The notes under the pieces: model-generated
The model's database searches: none
What the model was told of the DNA's origin: nothing
What the model saw: the letters and a program-made list of their open reading frames with translations, nothing else
Assembly (NCBI RefSeq): GCF_000011465.1
Contig: NC_005072.1
Span: 180,001-212,000, forward strand
From: Prochlorococcus marinus subsp. pastoris str. CCMP1986
Lineage (GTDB): Bacteria > Cyanobacteriota > Cyanobacteriia > PCC-6307 > Cyanobiaceae
DNA: 32,000 bases
Reading direction: 5' to 3'
Position numbers and translations under genes: made by a program
Part shown: positions 10,093 to 18,412 of the stretch, one piece after another
Numbering within the stretch: the stretch's first letter is position 1
Layout of the letters: every line of letters starts with the position of its first letter

Positions 10093-10824
10093 TTATATTT
10101 TTTCAACAATTTCAACGCTTTTAGTGAAAGAAATAGTTCCCTTTGGATGAGAGATAACACCTGACCATATTTGTCTTGCTGGTTTGGATGATGCTCTAGT
10201 CGTTTTAAAAATGCCTCCAGAGGCTAAAGGCTCAATATTGATTTCTTGTTTTAAATGAGAATCTTCCAGATGCGATATTATTCCTCCAGCTATAATTACA
10301 TCCCCAAGTGGTTCATTTAGAATAATATCAATATCATATTTTGTACCAGTAAGAACTTTCTCAGGAATTCTAAAAATAATATCTATTTTGTTTTGGTCAT
10401 TTCTAATAGTAGTTAATAAATTTTTTATCTTTCCATTTTTTATTTTGTCGTTTTGAATGGAAAACAGATACTTAAAATTAGATTCAAGAAAGTATTTATC
10501 CCCATTAAATATTTTATTTCCATTAACTTTGATATTAAATATTTTTTCTTTAGAGTTTTCTACGCTTAATCTTTTAATTTGCCATGTTGAATTAGGGAAA
10601 TCTTTGATTATTTCCTTAAATTGTTCTTGAATTTTAAAGTTTTCATCTTCTTTAAAAATGTTTTTTATCAATTTTAGGTTTCGAGTATTTAATGCATTTT
10701 CAAGATTTCTTCTTATATCAACGTTTGTATTTTGGGTGATTGCTAATTTTGGGGAAATGAGATAAATAAATATATATATAAATAATCCTAATTTTGGAAA
10801 AAACTTTAAATTGAACATTTTCAT
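10093..10824 (-). CDS. conserved hypothetical protein with N-terminal signal/anchor sequence
   Basis: 243-aa ORF. Hydrophobic N-terminus (FFPKLGLFIYIFIYLISPKLAI) followed by a Lys/Asn-rich soluble region. I recognise no catalytic motif. Its stop codon lies 1 nt from the pgk stop (convergent). Confidence 0.65.
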   Translation of the reverse strand: MKMFNLKFFPKLGLFIYIFIYLISPKLAITQNTNVDIRRNLENALNTRNLKLIKNIFKEDENFKIQEQFKEIIKDFPNSTWQIKRLSVENSKEKIFNIKVNGNKIFNGDKYFLESNFKYLFSIQNDKIKNGKIKNLLTTIRNDQNKIDIIFRIPEKVLTGTKYDIDIILNEPLGDVIIAGGIISHLEDSHLKQEINIEPLASGGIFKTTRASSKPARQIWSGVISHPKGTISFTKSVEIVEKI

Positions 10825-10851
10825 AATTTTATTTTACTTATTTAATTTTTA

Positions 10852-11946
10852 ATGTCTAAAAAAAGAAATAATTTATTAATAGCGGCAAGTGGAACAGGAG
10901 GTCATATCTTTCCTGCTTTAGCAGTCTCTAAAAAGGTTGAAAAAGATTGGGATATTCATTGGCTAGGAGTTACAAAAAGACTCGATTCTGAATTTGTACC
11001 TAGCAAATATAATCTTTTGACTTTGAATTTGGAGACACCAAAAAAAAATATTTTTAGAGTATTTCAATATCTAAAAATCTTATTTTCAATTTTTAATATT
11101 ATTAAAATCCTAAAAGAAAAAAAAATTAATTTAGTATTTACTACTGGTGGATATATTTCAGCACCGACAATTCTTGCAGCAAAGTGGCTTAAAATACCTG
11201 TTATCCTCCATGAATCAAATTTAATACCGGGCACAGTTACAAAATATTTTGGTTTTCTATGTGAATTTGTTCTTCTGGGTTTTAAAGATACAAATTATTA
11301 TTTAAAAAATTGCAAAACAATTTTCACTGGTACTCCTCTTAGGGATCAGTTTTATGAAATTAATCCTTTACCAAAATGGGTTCCAAGAGGAAAGGGTCCT
11401 CTTTTGATTGTTATGGGAGGAAGTCAAGGTGCAAAGATGATTAATGAAATTTTTTATGAATCTATTGATTTTTTAATAAAACAAAATTTTCGTATAGTTC
11501 ATATTATTGGTGAAAATAATTCTAATAATTTGGTAAAATTCAAATCTAATAATTATGTTCAAAAGAAATTTACTAATCAAATTGCATCTTTGATGCAAAA
11601 CTGTGAACTCGTTATATCAAGATCTGGAGCAGGAACAATAAATGAACTCATACAAACTGGAAAACCATCAATTTTAATTCCATACCCTAATTCAAAAAAT
11701 AATCACCAAGAAAAAAATGCAATGATTCTTTCCTCAATAGGGGGTGCAATTTTAATGAATCAAAATCAAATATCAAAGTTATTTTTTGAAGAGACTTTGA
11801 AAAGGATTTTAAAATTTAAATTAAAAAAAGGAAAACCCAAATATGAAATTTTAGATTTAATGAAAGAAAATATAAAAAATCTTGATACCTTAAAATCTAC
11901 AAATGAGATTAAAAAATTAATAAACTATTTTTTAAAAGAATTTTGA
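10852..11946 (+). CDS. murG: UDP-N-acetylglucosamine:LPS/lipid I N-acetylglucosamine transferase MurG
   Basis: 364-aa ORF. N-terminal GTGGHIFPALAV motif, C-terminal GGSQGA and SRSGAGTINEL blocks, and the HQEKNA motif typical of MurG. Confidence 0.93.
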   Translation: MSKKRNNLLIAASGTGGHIFPALAVSKKVEKDWDIHWLGVTKRLDSEFVPSKYNLLTLNLETPKKNIFRVFQYLKILFSIFNIIKILKEKKINLVFTTGGYISAPTILAAKWLKIPVILHESNLIPGTVTKYFGFLCEFVLLGFKDTNYYLKNCKTIFTGTPLRDQFYEINPLPKWVPRGKGPLLIVMGGSQGAKMINEIFYESIDFLIKQNFRIVHIIGENNSNNLVKFKSNNYVQKKFTNQIASLMQNCELVISRSGAGTINELIQTGKPSILIPYPNSKNNHQEKNAMILSSIGGAILMNQNQISKLFFEETLKRILKFKLKKGKPKYEILDLMKENIKNLDTLKSTNEIKKLINYFLKEF

Positions 11947-13049
11947 ATTTCTCTACATAAAATTTTATTATTTTTTCTAGTCTGTAAACTTATTCTTGCC
12001 CATTTTTCATTAAGAAATCTAAATGAGTTGCATTCTCTAATTAATATCCCTTTTTTTTCTAAATAATGAATATTTGAAGACAAGGAGAATTTACTTTCTA
12101 TTAAAAAAAAGTTAGTTGAAGAGTTATGTACTTTAAGATTTTTTATTTTCGATAATTCATTAGAAACCCAATTTTTCTCAGTATTTACCCAGTTATGAAT
12201 CATTGATGTCCATTCCTCATAAAGAATTTTATTACTTAATAGTTCTATTCCAGCTTTTATAGCAAATGAATTTAATGGCCAAGGGTCTCTTTTTATATTC
12301 CATTTCTTAAGTTTTTCAGATGAGCCAATAATATAACCTAATCTTAAACCTGCAATATTAAAGAGTTTGGTCAAACTCCTAATAACTAATAAATTATCAT
12401 ATTTTTTAGTGAGTGGAATTAAAGATTCTTTCTCACCATTAGGTGTGATGGCTAAGAAAGCTTCATCACAAATAACTAGTTTATATTTTTTTAGAATAAT
12501 TTCTAAAGATTTTTTATCCCATAATTGACCCGTAGGGTTATGTGGGTTGGTTATCCAAAGAACATCACAAATTGGTTTAATTGGAAAGGTTTGGGGAAAA
12601 CTATTGCTCCAATTTTTTGGTAATTCTGAATAATCGAAGCTAGCGTTCCAGCAATTTAGTGATCTTTCATAATCTACGAAGCCTGGACTTGGTATACAAC
12701 TTGCTCCAGATTTGGAAGCTTCATAACCTGCCCAAGTTATTAATTCAGAAGCCCCATTCCCTGGCAATATATTATCAGGATTTATTTGATGAAATTCTCC
12801 AATGATTTCTCTCAAACTATTTAGATTTCTTTCAGGATAATATCGAAATCCTAGAGTTTTAATTTCTGAAATTAAAACATCTAATATCAGCTTGGGGGGT
12901 TCAAAAGGGACTAGTGAAGCACTTGAATCAATTATTTTAGATGGTAATAAATTTAATTTTTTTGCTTGAGTTAATATATTTCCTCCATGCTTGAAGTTTA
13001 TTTCTTTTATACCTTTATTATTCAAATTATTAGTATTGAATTTATCCAT
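11925..13049 (-). CDS. class I/II PLP-dependent aminotransferase, CobD (L-threonine-O-3-phosphate decarboxylase)/HisC-like
   Basis: 374-aa ORF. N-terminal HGGN motif as in CobD-type enzymes, NPHNPTG substrate/PLP block, CDEAF, and PLP-lysine motif SLTKLFNIAGLRLGY. The exact specificity is not decidable from sequence alone. Confidence 0.82.
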   Translation of the reverse strand: MDKFNTNNLNNKGIKEINFKHGGNILTQAKKLNLLPSKIIDSSASLVPFEPPKLILDVLISEIKTLGFRYYPERNLNSLREIIGEFHQINPDNILPGNGASELITWAGYEASKSGASCIPSPGFVDYERSLNCWNASFDYSELPKNWSNSFPQTFPIKPICDVLWITNPHNPTGQLWDKKSLEIILKKYKLVICDEAFLAITPNGEKESLIPLTKKYDNLLVIRSLTKLFNIAGLRLGYIIGSSEKLKKWNIKRDPWPLNSFAIKAGIELLSNKILYEEWTSMIHNWVNTEKNWVSNELSKIKNLKVHNSSTNFFLIESKFSLSSNIHYLEKKGILIRECNSFRFLNEKWARISLQTRKNNKILCREIQNSFKK

Positions 13050-13064
13050 AAATTATCTTAGGTT

Positions 13065-14234
13065 TTATTCAATCCATTCTAAGTTTGATCCAATAGCCTC
13101 TCTCACATTTGATAATTGGTGAATGTTAATTTGTTTTAGGATCCCGTTAAGAATATTTGGGACTAATTGTGGCCCCTTATAGATCCATCCAGTATATATT
13201 TGTACTAAAGATGCTCCAGAGCAAATTCTTTCCCAAGCAGATTCTGGACTATCAATTCCACCTACTCCAATTAAATTAATATTATTATCAATATTGTGAA
13301 TATGTCTAATTATTTTATTTGCTTTTCGTTGAAGTGGCTTGCCACTTAATCCTCCATTTTCCTCAGAAAGTAATAGCCCTGTTTGCTTTATCTTTCTTTG
13401 TTCAAAACCTAATCTATCTAGACTAGTATTTGTAGCAATTATTCCATCAATATTCTCATCAATTATTAATTGGCATATATCTTCGATATCTTTATAACTT
13501 AAATCTGGTGCGATTTTCACAAATAAAGGAGGACAATTATCTAAATTTTTGACTTCTCTAAGTAGTTCTTTAAGAAGAATTGGATCTTGTAACTTTCTCA
13601 GTCCTTCAGTATTAGGTGAACTTACATTTATAACTGCGTAATCACAATAAGGAATCAAAAGTTTTAAAGAAGTTAAATAATCTTCTGTAGCTTTGGATAA
13701 GCTTGTAATTTTAGATTTCCCAAAATTTATGCCCAAACAATTATTTTTTCTATGTTTTTTTAAATCAACATTTTGCTTTAAAAAGTTTTTAACAAGATTT
13801 TCTGCACCATGATTATTAAATCCCATTCTATTTAATGCTGCTTGCTCCTTAGCTAATCTAAATAATCTTGGTTTAGGATTACCAGATTGAGCAAATTTAG
13901 TAACTGTACCAATTTCAGCAAAACCAAATCCAAATTCCTTCCAAATATTTGCAGCATTTCCATTCTTATCAAAGCCTGCTGCTAAACCTACTGGATTACA
14001 AAAATCTATCCCACATATTTTTTGATGTAATCTTTTATCAACAACACAAAATTCTTGATTTAAACTCTTTATTATTCTTGAAATTAAGGGCCAATCTCTA
14101 TTATTTGAACTAAAAGTGAGAAGACTTAAGGAGAAATTTGTAAGGTACTCTGCATCTATTCCTGTATCTTTTTTAAGGATAGGAGTTACCAAGTTCTTAT
14201 AAATATTATTAAATATCCCTTTCTGATCAATCAT
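13065..14234 (-). CDS. pyrD: dihydroorotate dehydrogenase, class 2 (quinone-dependent)
   Basis: 389-aa ORF. N-terminal extension typical of membrane-associated class 2 enzymes. Motifs GLAAGFDKN, EIGTVT, NRMGFNN, and NVSSPNTEGLR with the serine catalytic base. Confidence 0.93.
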   Translation of the reverse strand: MIDQKGIFNNIYKNLVTPILKKDTGIDAEYLTNFSLSLLTFSSNNRDWPLISRIIKSLNQEFCVVDKRLHQKICGIDFCNPVGLAAGFDKNGNAANIWKEFGFGFAEIGTVTKFAQSGNPKPRLFRLAKEQAALNRMGFNNHGAENLVKNFLKQNVDLKKHRKNNCLGINFGKSKITSLSKATEDYLTSLKLLIPYCDYAVINVSSPNTEGLRKLQDPILLKELLREVKNLDNCPPLFVKIAPDLSYKDIEDICQLIIDENIDGIIATNTSLDRLGFEQRKIKQTGLLLSEENGGLSGKPLQRKANKIIRHIHNIDNNINLIGVGGIDSPESAWERICSGASLVQIYTGWIYKGPQLVPNILNGILKQINIHQLSNVREAIGSNLEWIE

Positions 14235-14248
14235 AAAAATATTAAAGA

Positions 14249-14971
14249 TTAAGTATTAATATTCTCTATTATCCAATATTTTTGATTTTTAGGAATTAAT
14301 CTCCAATTACGCCATTCAAACAATTCATATTTTTCAACGAGTATATAACTTTCTTCTCCAAGTAATTCATTCAATTCACTAGAATTTAAAAAATATTTTT
14401 TTTGGGCAAATTGTTCAAGTAATTCATTTTTGGAGAATAATTTTTGAATTTTATTAGTTTCTTTTTTCTTTGAAAAGTCGATTGCTTCAAATGATTTTTT
14501 AACTTCACCAACTAAAGGTATTCCTTTGCTATAGCTTGTGGCAATTAAATCAACTCTCTCATTCTGTTTATCCCCACTATGACCTTTGACAAATTCCATC
14601 ACTAGGCCTTTTATTCTTAAATTATCTATTTTTTGCCATAAATCCAAATTTTGAACAGATTTACCTGCGCTTGTTTTCCATCCATTTCTCTTCCAATTGA
14701 TGATCCATTTTGTATAGCCTTCAATTACATATTTACTATCTGTTCTTAATTTAAAGTTTTCTTTTAATTGAAAATCTTTTAACTTTTCGAGAGTTTTGAT
14801 AGCTGCAGTGAGTTCCATCCTATTGTTAGTGGTATTTTCTTCTGAACCACCTATTTCTAGTTCACTATTATCATTAAAAATTATTAGTCCTCCCCACCCA
14901 CCAGGACCTGGGTTTCCACTGCAAGCACCATCTGTTGCAGCTTCAATTGCAATATTTTGTTGACTATTCAT
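14249..14971 (-). CDS. rnhA: ribonuclease HI with an uncharacterised C-terminal extension
   Basis: 240-aa ORF. Residues ~1-150 carry the RNase HI DEDD set (ATDGAC, NNRMELTA, RTDSKY, NERVDLIA) and the KGHSG block. Residues ~151-240 have no counterpart in the ~155-aa canonical enzyme. Confidence 0.9.
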   Translation of the reverse strand: MNSQQNIAIEAATDGACSGNPGPGGWGGLIIFNDNSELEIGGSEENTTNNRMELTAAIKTLEKLKDFQLKENFKLRTDSKYVIEGYTKWIINWKRNGWKTSAGKSVQNLDLWQKIDNLRIKGLVMEFVKGHSGDKQNERVDLIATSYSKGIPLVGEVKKSFEAIDFSKKKETNKIQKLFSKNELLEQFAQKKYFLNSSELNELLGEESYILVEKYELFEWRNWRLIPKNQKYWIIENINT

Positions 14972-14980
14972 AATTTTAAA

Positions 14981-15001
14981 GCCGATATTAGGTATATCGG
15001 C
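14981..15001 (-). terminator. stem-loop downstream of rplL (possible intrinsic terminator or 3'-end stabiliser)
   Basis: Perfect 8-bp inverted repeat GCCGATAT / ATATCGGC with a 5-nt loop, 15 nt after the rplL stop. On the transcribed (-) strand it is followed by TTTAAAATT, a weak U-tract, and then immediately by the rnhA ATG. Confidence 0.45.
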
Positions 15002-15016
15002 TAGAAAAATTTTTCT

Positions 15017-15412
15017 CTATTTTAGTGTAACTTTACCGCCAGCTTCTTCAATCTCTTTCTTTAAAGTTTCAGCATCTGCTTTCGCAATACCTTCTTTAAC
15101 TGTCTTTGGTGCTGATTCAACAAGTGCTTTTGCATCACCAAGACCAAGACCAGTAGCATTTCTTACAACTTTAAGGACTTTGATTTTAGCCGCTGCATCG
15201 AAGCTTTCTAGAATTACGTCGAATTCAGTTTTCTCTTCAGCTGCTCCGCCGTCTCCATCTCCACCGCCAGCTCCTGGAGCTGCCATTACTACACCAGCTG
15301 ATGCAGCTGCAGAGACACCAAATGCCTCTTCAATTTGTTTAACAAGTTCAGATGCCTCTAAAAGTGAGAGGGATTTTAATGAATCGAGAATTTCTTCAGT
15401 TTTTGCAGTCAT
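15017..15412 (-). CDS. rplL: 50S ribosomal protein L7/L12
   Basis: 131-aa ORF. N-terminal dimerisation helix, Ala/Gly-rich hinge ([22 protein letters not shown]) and C-terminal domain ([22 protein letters not shown]). Confidence 0.97.
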   Translation of the reverse strand: MTAKTEEILDSLKSLSLLEASELVKQIEEAFGVSAAASAGVVMAAPGAGGGDGDGGAAEEKTEFDVILESFDAAAKIKVLKVVRNATGLGLGDAKALVESAPKTVKEGIAKADAETLKKEIEEAGGKVTLK

Positions 15413-15440
15413 TTTCTTAAAAGATAATTAATTTTGAAGT

Positions 15441-15968
15441 TTAAGATTCTGATTTTTCAGAATGTTGTTTAAGTGATCTAGCAATTCCAGAAGGTACTTC
15501 ATTGATAGAAATAGCAATTTTTGTAGCAACACCATTTAATGCGCCGGCAATTTTTGCCATTAATACCTCTCTTGAAGGTAGACTTGCGATCTCTTTTATT
15601 TCAGATTCGCTGAGAAGTCTCCCCTCGAATAAAGCTCCTTTGGTTTCGGATTTTTTTGTCTCTTTCTGAAAAGATTGAATTGCTTTTACAGCGCCTCCAA
15701 CATCTTCTTTGATTAAAACAAAAGCATTAGTCCCTGTTAGTAAGGATTCAAGATCAGTCCAGTTACTATTGCCATCAATTGCTTTACGCATTAATGAGTT
15801 TTTAGTAACTTTGCAAATGCCATTATTTGTTTGCAATCTTGATCGCAAATCAGACATCTCCTTGATAGTTAAACCTTTATAGTCAAGAACTACAGCCATT
15901 TCCGAATCATCTAACAGAGATTTTATTTCTGTGACAATTTTTTGCTTATTCTCTATTGTTCGGCCCAT
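15441..15968 (-). CDS. rplJ: 50S ribosomal protein L10
   Basis: L10 similarity begins at [13 protein letters not shown] place the start at the ATG at 15968 rather than the upstream in-frame TTG at 16013 used by the ORF track. That adds 15 non-conserved residues read out of the leader. Confidence 0.92.
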   Translation of the reverse strand: MGRTIENKQKIVTEIKSLLDDSEMAVVLDYKGLTIKEMSDLRSRLQTNNGICKVTKNSLMRKAIDGNSNWTDLESLLTGTNAFVLIKEDVGGAVKAIQSFQKETKKSETKGALFEGRLLSESEIKEIASLPSREVLMAKIAGALNGVATKIAISINEVPSGIARSLKQHSEKSES

Positions 15969-16160
15969 TGTTGTTTTTGGATCGTAATTTAGGAAGAGCA
16001 GGAAATGCGGCAAAGTCCATTTATGAAAGAGGCCGCACTTATTAGATCCAAAAAGAAAATAATTAAGACGAAACCTCGGGAGGATTTAAAGATTTAGCCG
16101 AAACTAAATTAACCTACTTTCTTTGGCCGTATTATTGCTTTAAAATTATACTACAGAGCG
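15969..16160 (-). promoter_or_regulatory. candidate rplJ (L10) leader RNA / autoregulatory 5' UTR
   Basis: This 192-nt non-coding gap between rplA and rplJ sits in a region where most gaps are under 75 nt. It is noticeably more GC-rich than other spacers. It contains complementary GC-rich segments, e.g. TGCGGC (16029-16034 on -) pairing with GCCGCA (16009-16014 on -). The position matches the L10(L12)4 autoregulatory leader known in other bacteria. Confidence 0.45.
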
Positions 16161-16868
16161 TTAACTTTCAGGCTGATAATCTTGCAAGGCATTTATATCG
16201 ACTTGAACTGAAGGTCCCATAGTTGAAGTTAGATAAAAACTTCTCCAATACTTACCCTTCGCACCACTAGGCTTATTTTTATCAATAGATTCTTGTAATG
16301 TCTTTAAGTTTTCAAATAAGGCATTTTCGGTAAAACTAGCTTTCCCAAAGCGAACATGCACAATGCCAGCTTTATCTGCTCTAAATTCTAGTTTGCCTGC
16401 TTTAAATTCTTTTATTGCACTAGCTATATCACCAGTTACAGTACCCGCTTTAGGATTTGGCATTAACCCCCTTGGACCTAAAACTCTTCCAAGTTTTGCT
16501 ACTTTTGGCATCATATCAGGAGTCGCAATAAGCAAATCAAAATCCATATTGCCTTTATTAATGCTTTCTACAAGATCCTCTTCTCCAAAAAGATCTGCAC
16601 CTGCAGATTTGGCTTTTGCTACATTTTCACCACTTGTTATAACAGCAATTTTAATACTTTGGCCAGTTCCATTGGGTAGAGCTACTGTTGTTCTTAATTG
16701 TTGATCTGTATATTTAGGATCAATTCCTAACCGAATATGGGCTTCAATAGTCTCATCAAATTTAGCGTTTGCATTTTCCTTGACAATACCTAAGGCTTCA
16801 AGGGGAGCATACGTGCGATCTTCTATCTTTGTTGATAGAGCCTTCATTCTTTTGGATAGTTTTTTCAT
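16161..16868 (-). CDS. rplA: 50S ribosomal protein L1
   Basis: 235-aa ORF. Full-length L1 similarity ([46 protein letters not shown]). Confidence 0.97.
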   Translation of the reverse strand: MKKLSKRMKALSTKIEDRTYAPLEALGIVKENANAKFDETIEAHIRLGIDPKYTDQQLRTTVALPNGTGQSIKIAVITSGENVAKAKSAGADLFGEEDLVESINKGNMDFDLLIATPDMMPKVAKLGRVLGPRGLMPNPKAGTVTGDIASAIKEFKAGKLEFRADKAGIVHVRFGKASFTENALFENLKTLQESIDKNKPSGAKGKYWRSFYLTSTMGPSVQVDINALQDYQPES

Positions 16869-16934
16869 AATATATTTGGGTTCAAACGGTTAAATAATTA
16901 ACCTCCCCTAAAAGGTGAATGTTTGGTATTGAAT

Positions 16935-17360
16935 TTATTCTGTAATAGAAACACCCATGTTTCGAGCAGTTCCTTCAATTACCTTCATAGCTGATTCAAT
17001 ACTCGTACAGTTTAAATCAGGAAGCTTTGTTTTGGCTATCTCCTCTAATTGAGATTTACTTATATTGCCAACAGATCCTTTGGATGACTCACCAGCTCCT
17101 TTTTCTATTCCAGCGGCTTTAGTTATTAAGACTGAAGCAGGTGGAGTTTTGGTTATAAAGGTAAAGCTCCTATCTTCAAAAACTGAAATTTCAACAGGTA
17201 TAACAAAACCGGCTTTATCTTGTGTTCTTGCATTATATTCTTTGCAAAATGCCATGATATTTACACCGTGTTGACCTAAAGCTGGACCCACTGGTGGGGC
17301 TGGATTTGCTTTGCCAGCTTGAAGTGCTAGCTTGATAACCGCAACAATTTTTTTTGCCAT
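16935..17360 (-). CDS. rplK: 50S ribosomal protein L11
   Basis: 141-aa ORF. Contains [35 protein letters not shown], the hallmark L11 N-terminal domain. Confidence 0.97.
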   Translation of the reverse strand: MAKKIVAVIKLALQAGKANPAPPVGPALGQHGVNIMAFCKEYNARTQDKAGFVIPVEISVFEDRSFTFITKTPPASVLITKAAGIEKGAGESSKGSVGNISKSQLEEIAKTKLPDLNCTSIESAMKVIEGTARNMGVSITE

Positions 17361-17423
17361 TAGATTCTTGAATTTAAACTGAGGTTAAAAATGATTAATT
17401 TACTCGATAAACAGAAATAATAA

Positions 17424-18035
17424 TTAATTTTGTTTATTGATTTGGGAGAATTCTAATTCTACAGGAGTTTCGCGCCCAAATATTGAAAGTAATGCTTTTA
17501 ATTTATTTCTTTCACCCGAAACTTCTATAACTTCACCCTGGAAATCTTTAAAAGGTCCACTTGTGACGATAATTCTATCTTTTTCCTCAAGATCTAATTT
17601 TATTACAGCTTTCTTCTCCGAGGCGCGCTTAAATATTCTATTTACCTCTTGCCTGGATAAGGGTCGAGGTTTAATATGTCCTCGTGATCTACCGCTGCCT
17701 CTTCCATCTTCCGCTCCAACAAAATTAATAACATTGGGAGTACTTTTTACAGCCATCATTGTATCTTCATCCAGAATCATCCTAACCAATACGTAACCAG
17801 GGAAAACTTTTTCTTCTGTAGTTTGTCTAGAACCATCTTTCTTAAGTTTAATACCTGGAGTTTGAGGAATTTCAATCTCTATAATTCTATTATTAACACC
17901 TAGAGTTACCGACCTTTGTTCGAGAGTGGCTTTTACTTTCTTTTCACAGCTTGATGCAACTTGAACTGCATACCATCTAGCAATACTAGTATTAGCCTTT
18001 TGAGAACTAAGGTTTGTTGTCAATTCATTACTCAT
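17424..18035 (-). CDS. nusG: transcription termination/antitermination factor NusG
   Basis: 203-aa ORF. NGN domain (WYAVQVASSCEKKV, FPGYVLV) and C-terminal KOW motif (VTSGPFKDFQGEVIEV). It sits in the canonical position between secE and rplK. Confidence 0.95.
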   Translation of the reverse strand: MSNELTTNLSSQKANTSIARWYAVQVASSCEKKVKATLEQRSVTLGVNNRIIEIEIPQTPGIKLKKDGSRQTTEEKVFPGYVLVRMILDEDTMMAVKSTPNVINFVGAEDGRGSGRSRGHIKPRPLSRQEVNRIFKRASEKKAVIKLDLEEKDRIIVTSGPFKDFQGEVIEVSGERNKLKALLSIFGRETPVELEFSQINKQN

Positions 18036-18109
18036 TTTTCTTTCTTTGGAAACTGGATAAATGATTTTTTAAAATTATAGGATAGAGTCTATATTTAAAA
18101 ATTTTTAAT

Positions 18110-18349
18110 TTAACGGAAAATTTGTGATGCAGCCCATCCATAAAATCTACTTACAGATGCAATTGCCGCAGCAGAAAAGGATACCATAATGATAACAGCA
18201 ATAGATTCGCTAAATAACTGTTGTTTGTTAGGCCACACAACTAGTTTGAGTTCATCGAATGTAGAAGTTAAAAAATTCTTCTTTTTCTTCGGCTCTTTTA
18301 TTTCAGAAGGCTCTTTTTTAAGAGGTTCTTGATTAGTAGGACTTGTCAC
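18110..18349 (-). CDS. secE: preprotein translocase subunit SecE
   Basis: 79-aa ORF. Lys-rich N-terminus, then ELKLVVWP followed by a single C-terminal TM helix. Conserved position directly upstream of nusG. Confidence 0.85.
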   Translation of the reverse strand: MTSPTNQEPLKKEPSEIKEPKKKKNFLTSTFDELKLVVWPNKQQLFSESIAVIIMVSFSAAAIASVSRFYGWAASQIFR

Positions 18350-18412
18350 AAAATTTTAATTTAGTTTAAGCTTAAAAAAACTTAAAATTATATTAGCTCA
18401 TCGTTTTACTCA

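Noticed and set aside
15180-15431. 83-aa + strand ORF rich in Pro/Ala/Ser ([15 protein letters not shown]) antisense to rplL
   Set aside because: It is the mirror image of the Ala/Gly-rich L7/L12 hinge on the opposite strand. It lies fully inside a certain gene and has no independent signals.
15969-16013. 15-codon N-terminal extension of rplJ ([15 protein letters not shown]) in the ORF track
   Set aside because: The extension begins at a TTG inside the leader, while L10 homology starts at the ATG at 15968. It is most likely untranslated leader.
15946-16020. 24-codon upstream ORF ([24 protein letters not shown]) in the rplJ leader, overlapping the rplJ start out of frame
   Set aside because: There is no evidence beyond an ATG and an open frame. 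Its ATG sits in the loop of the predicted leader stem. This is more simply explained as RNA structure than as a leader peptide.
16363-16704. 113-aa + strand ORF antisense to rplA. Similar shadows occur at 17437-17796 in nusG and 17065-17274 in rplK.
   Set aside because: These are shadow ORFs inside highly conserved ribosomal and NusG genes. Their composition (Ser/Pro/Leu-rich) is what antisense reading of these genes yields.
15017-17360. Locally higher G+C in the ribosomal-protein genes and in the bicA/sbtA-like genes (26256-28916), as a sign of horizontal transfer
   Set aside because: The elevated G+C tracks amino-acid composition (Gly/Ala-rich r-proteins and membrane helices) and high-expression codon use. 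There are no flanking tRNA, integrase, repeats or synteny breaks.
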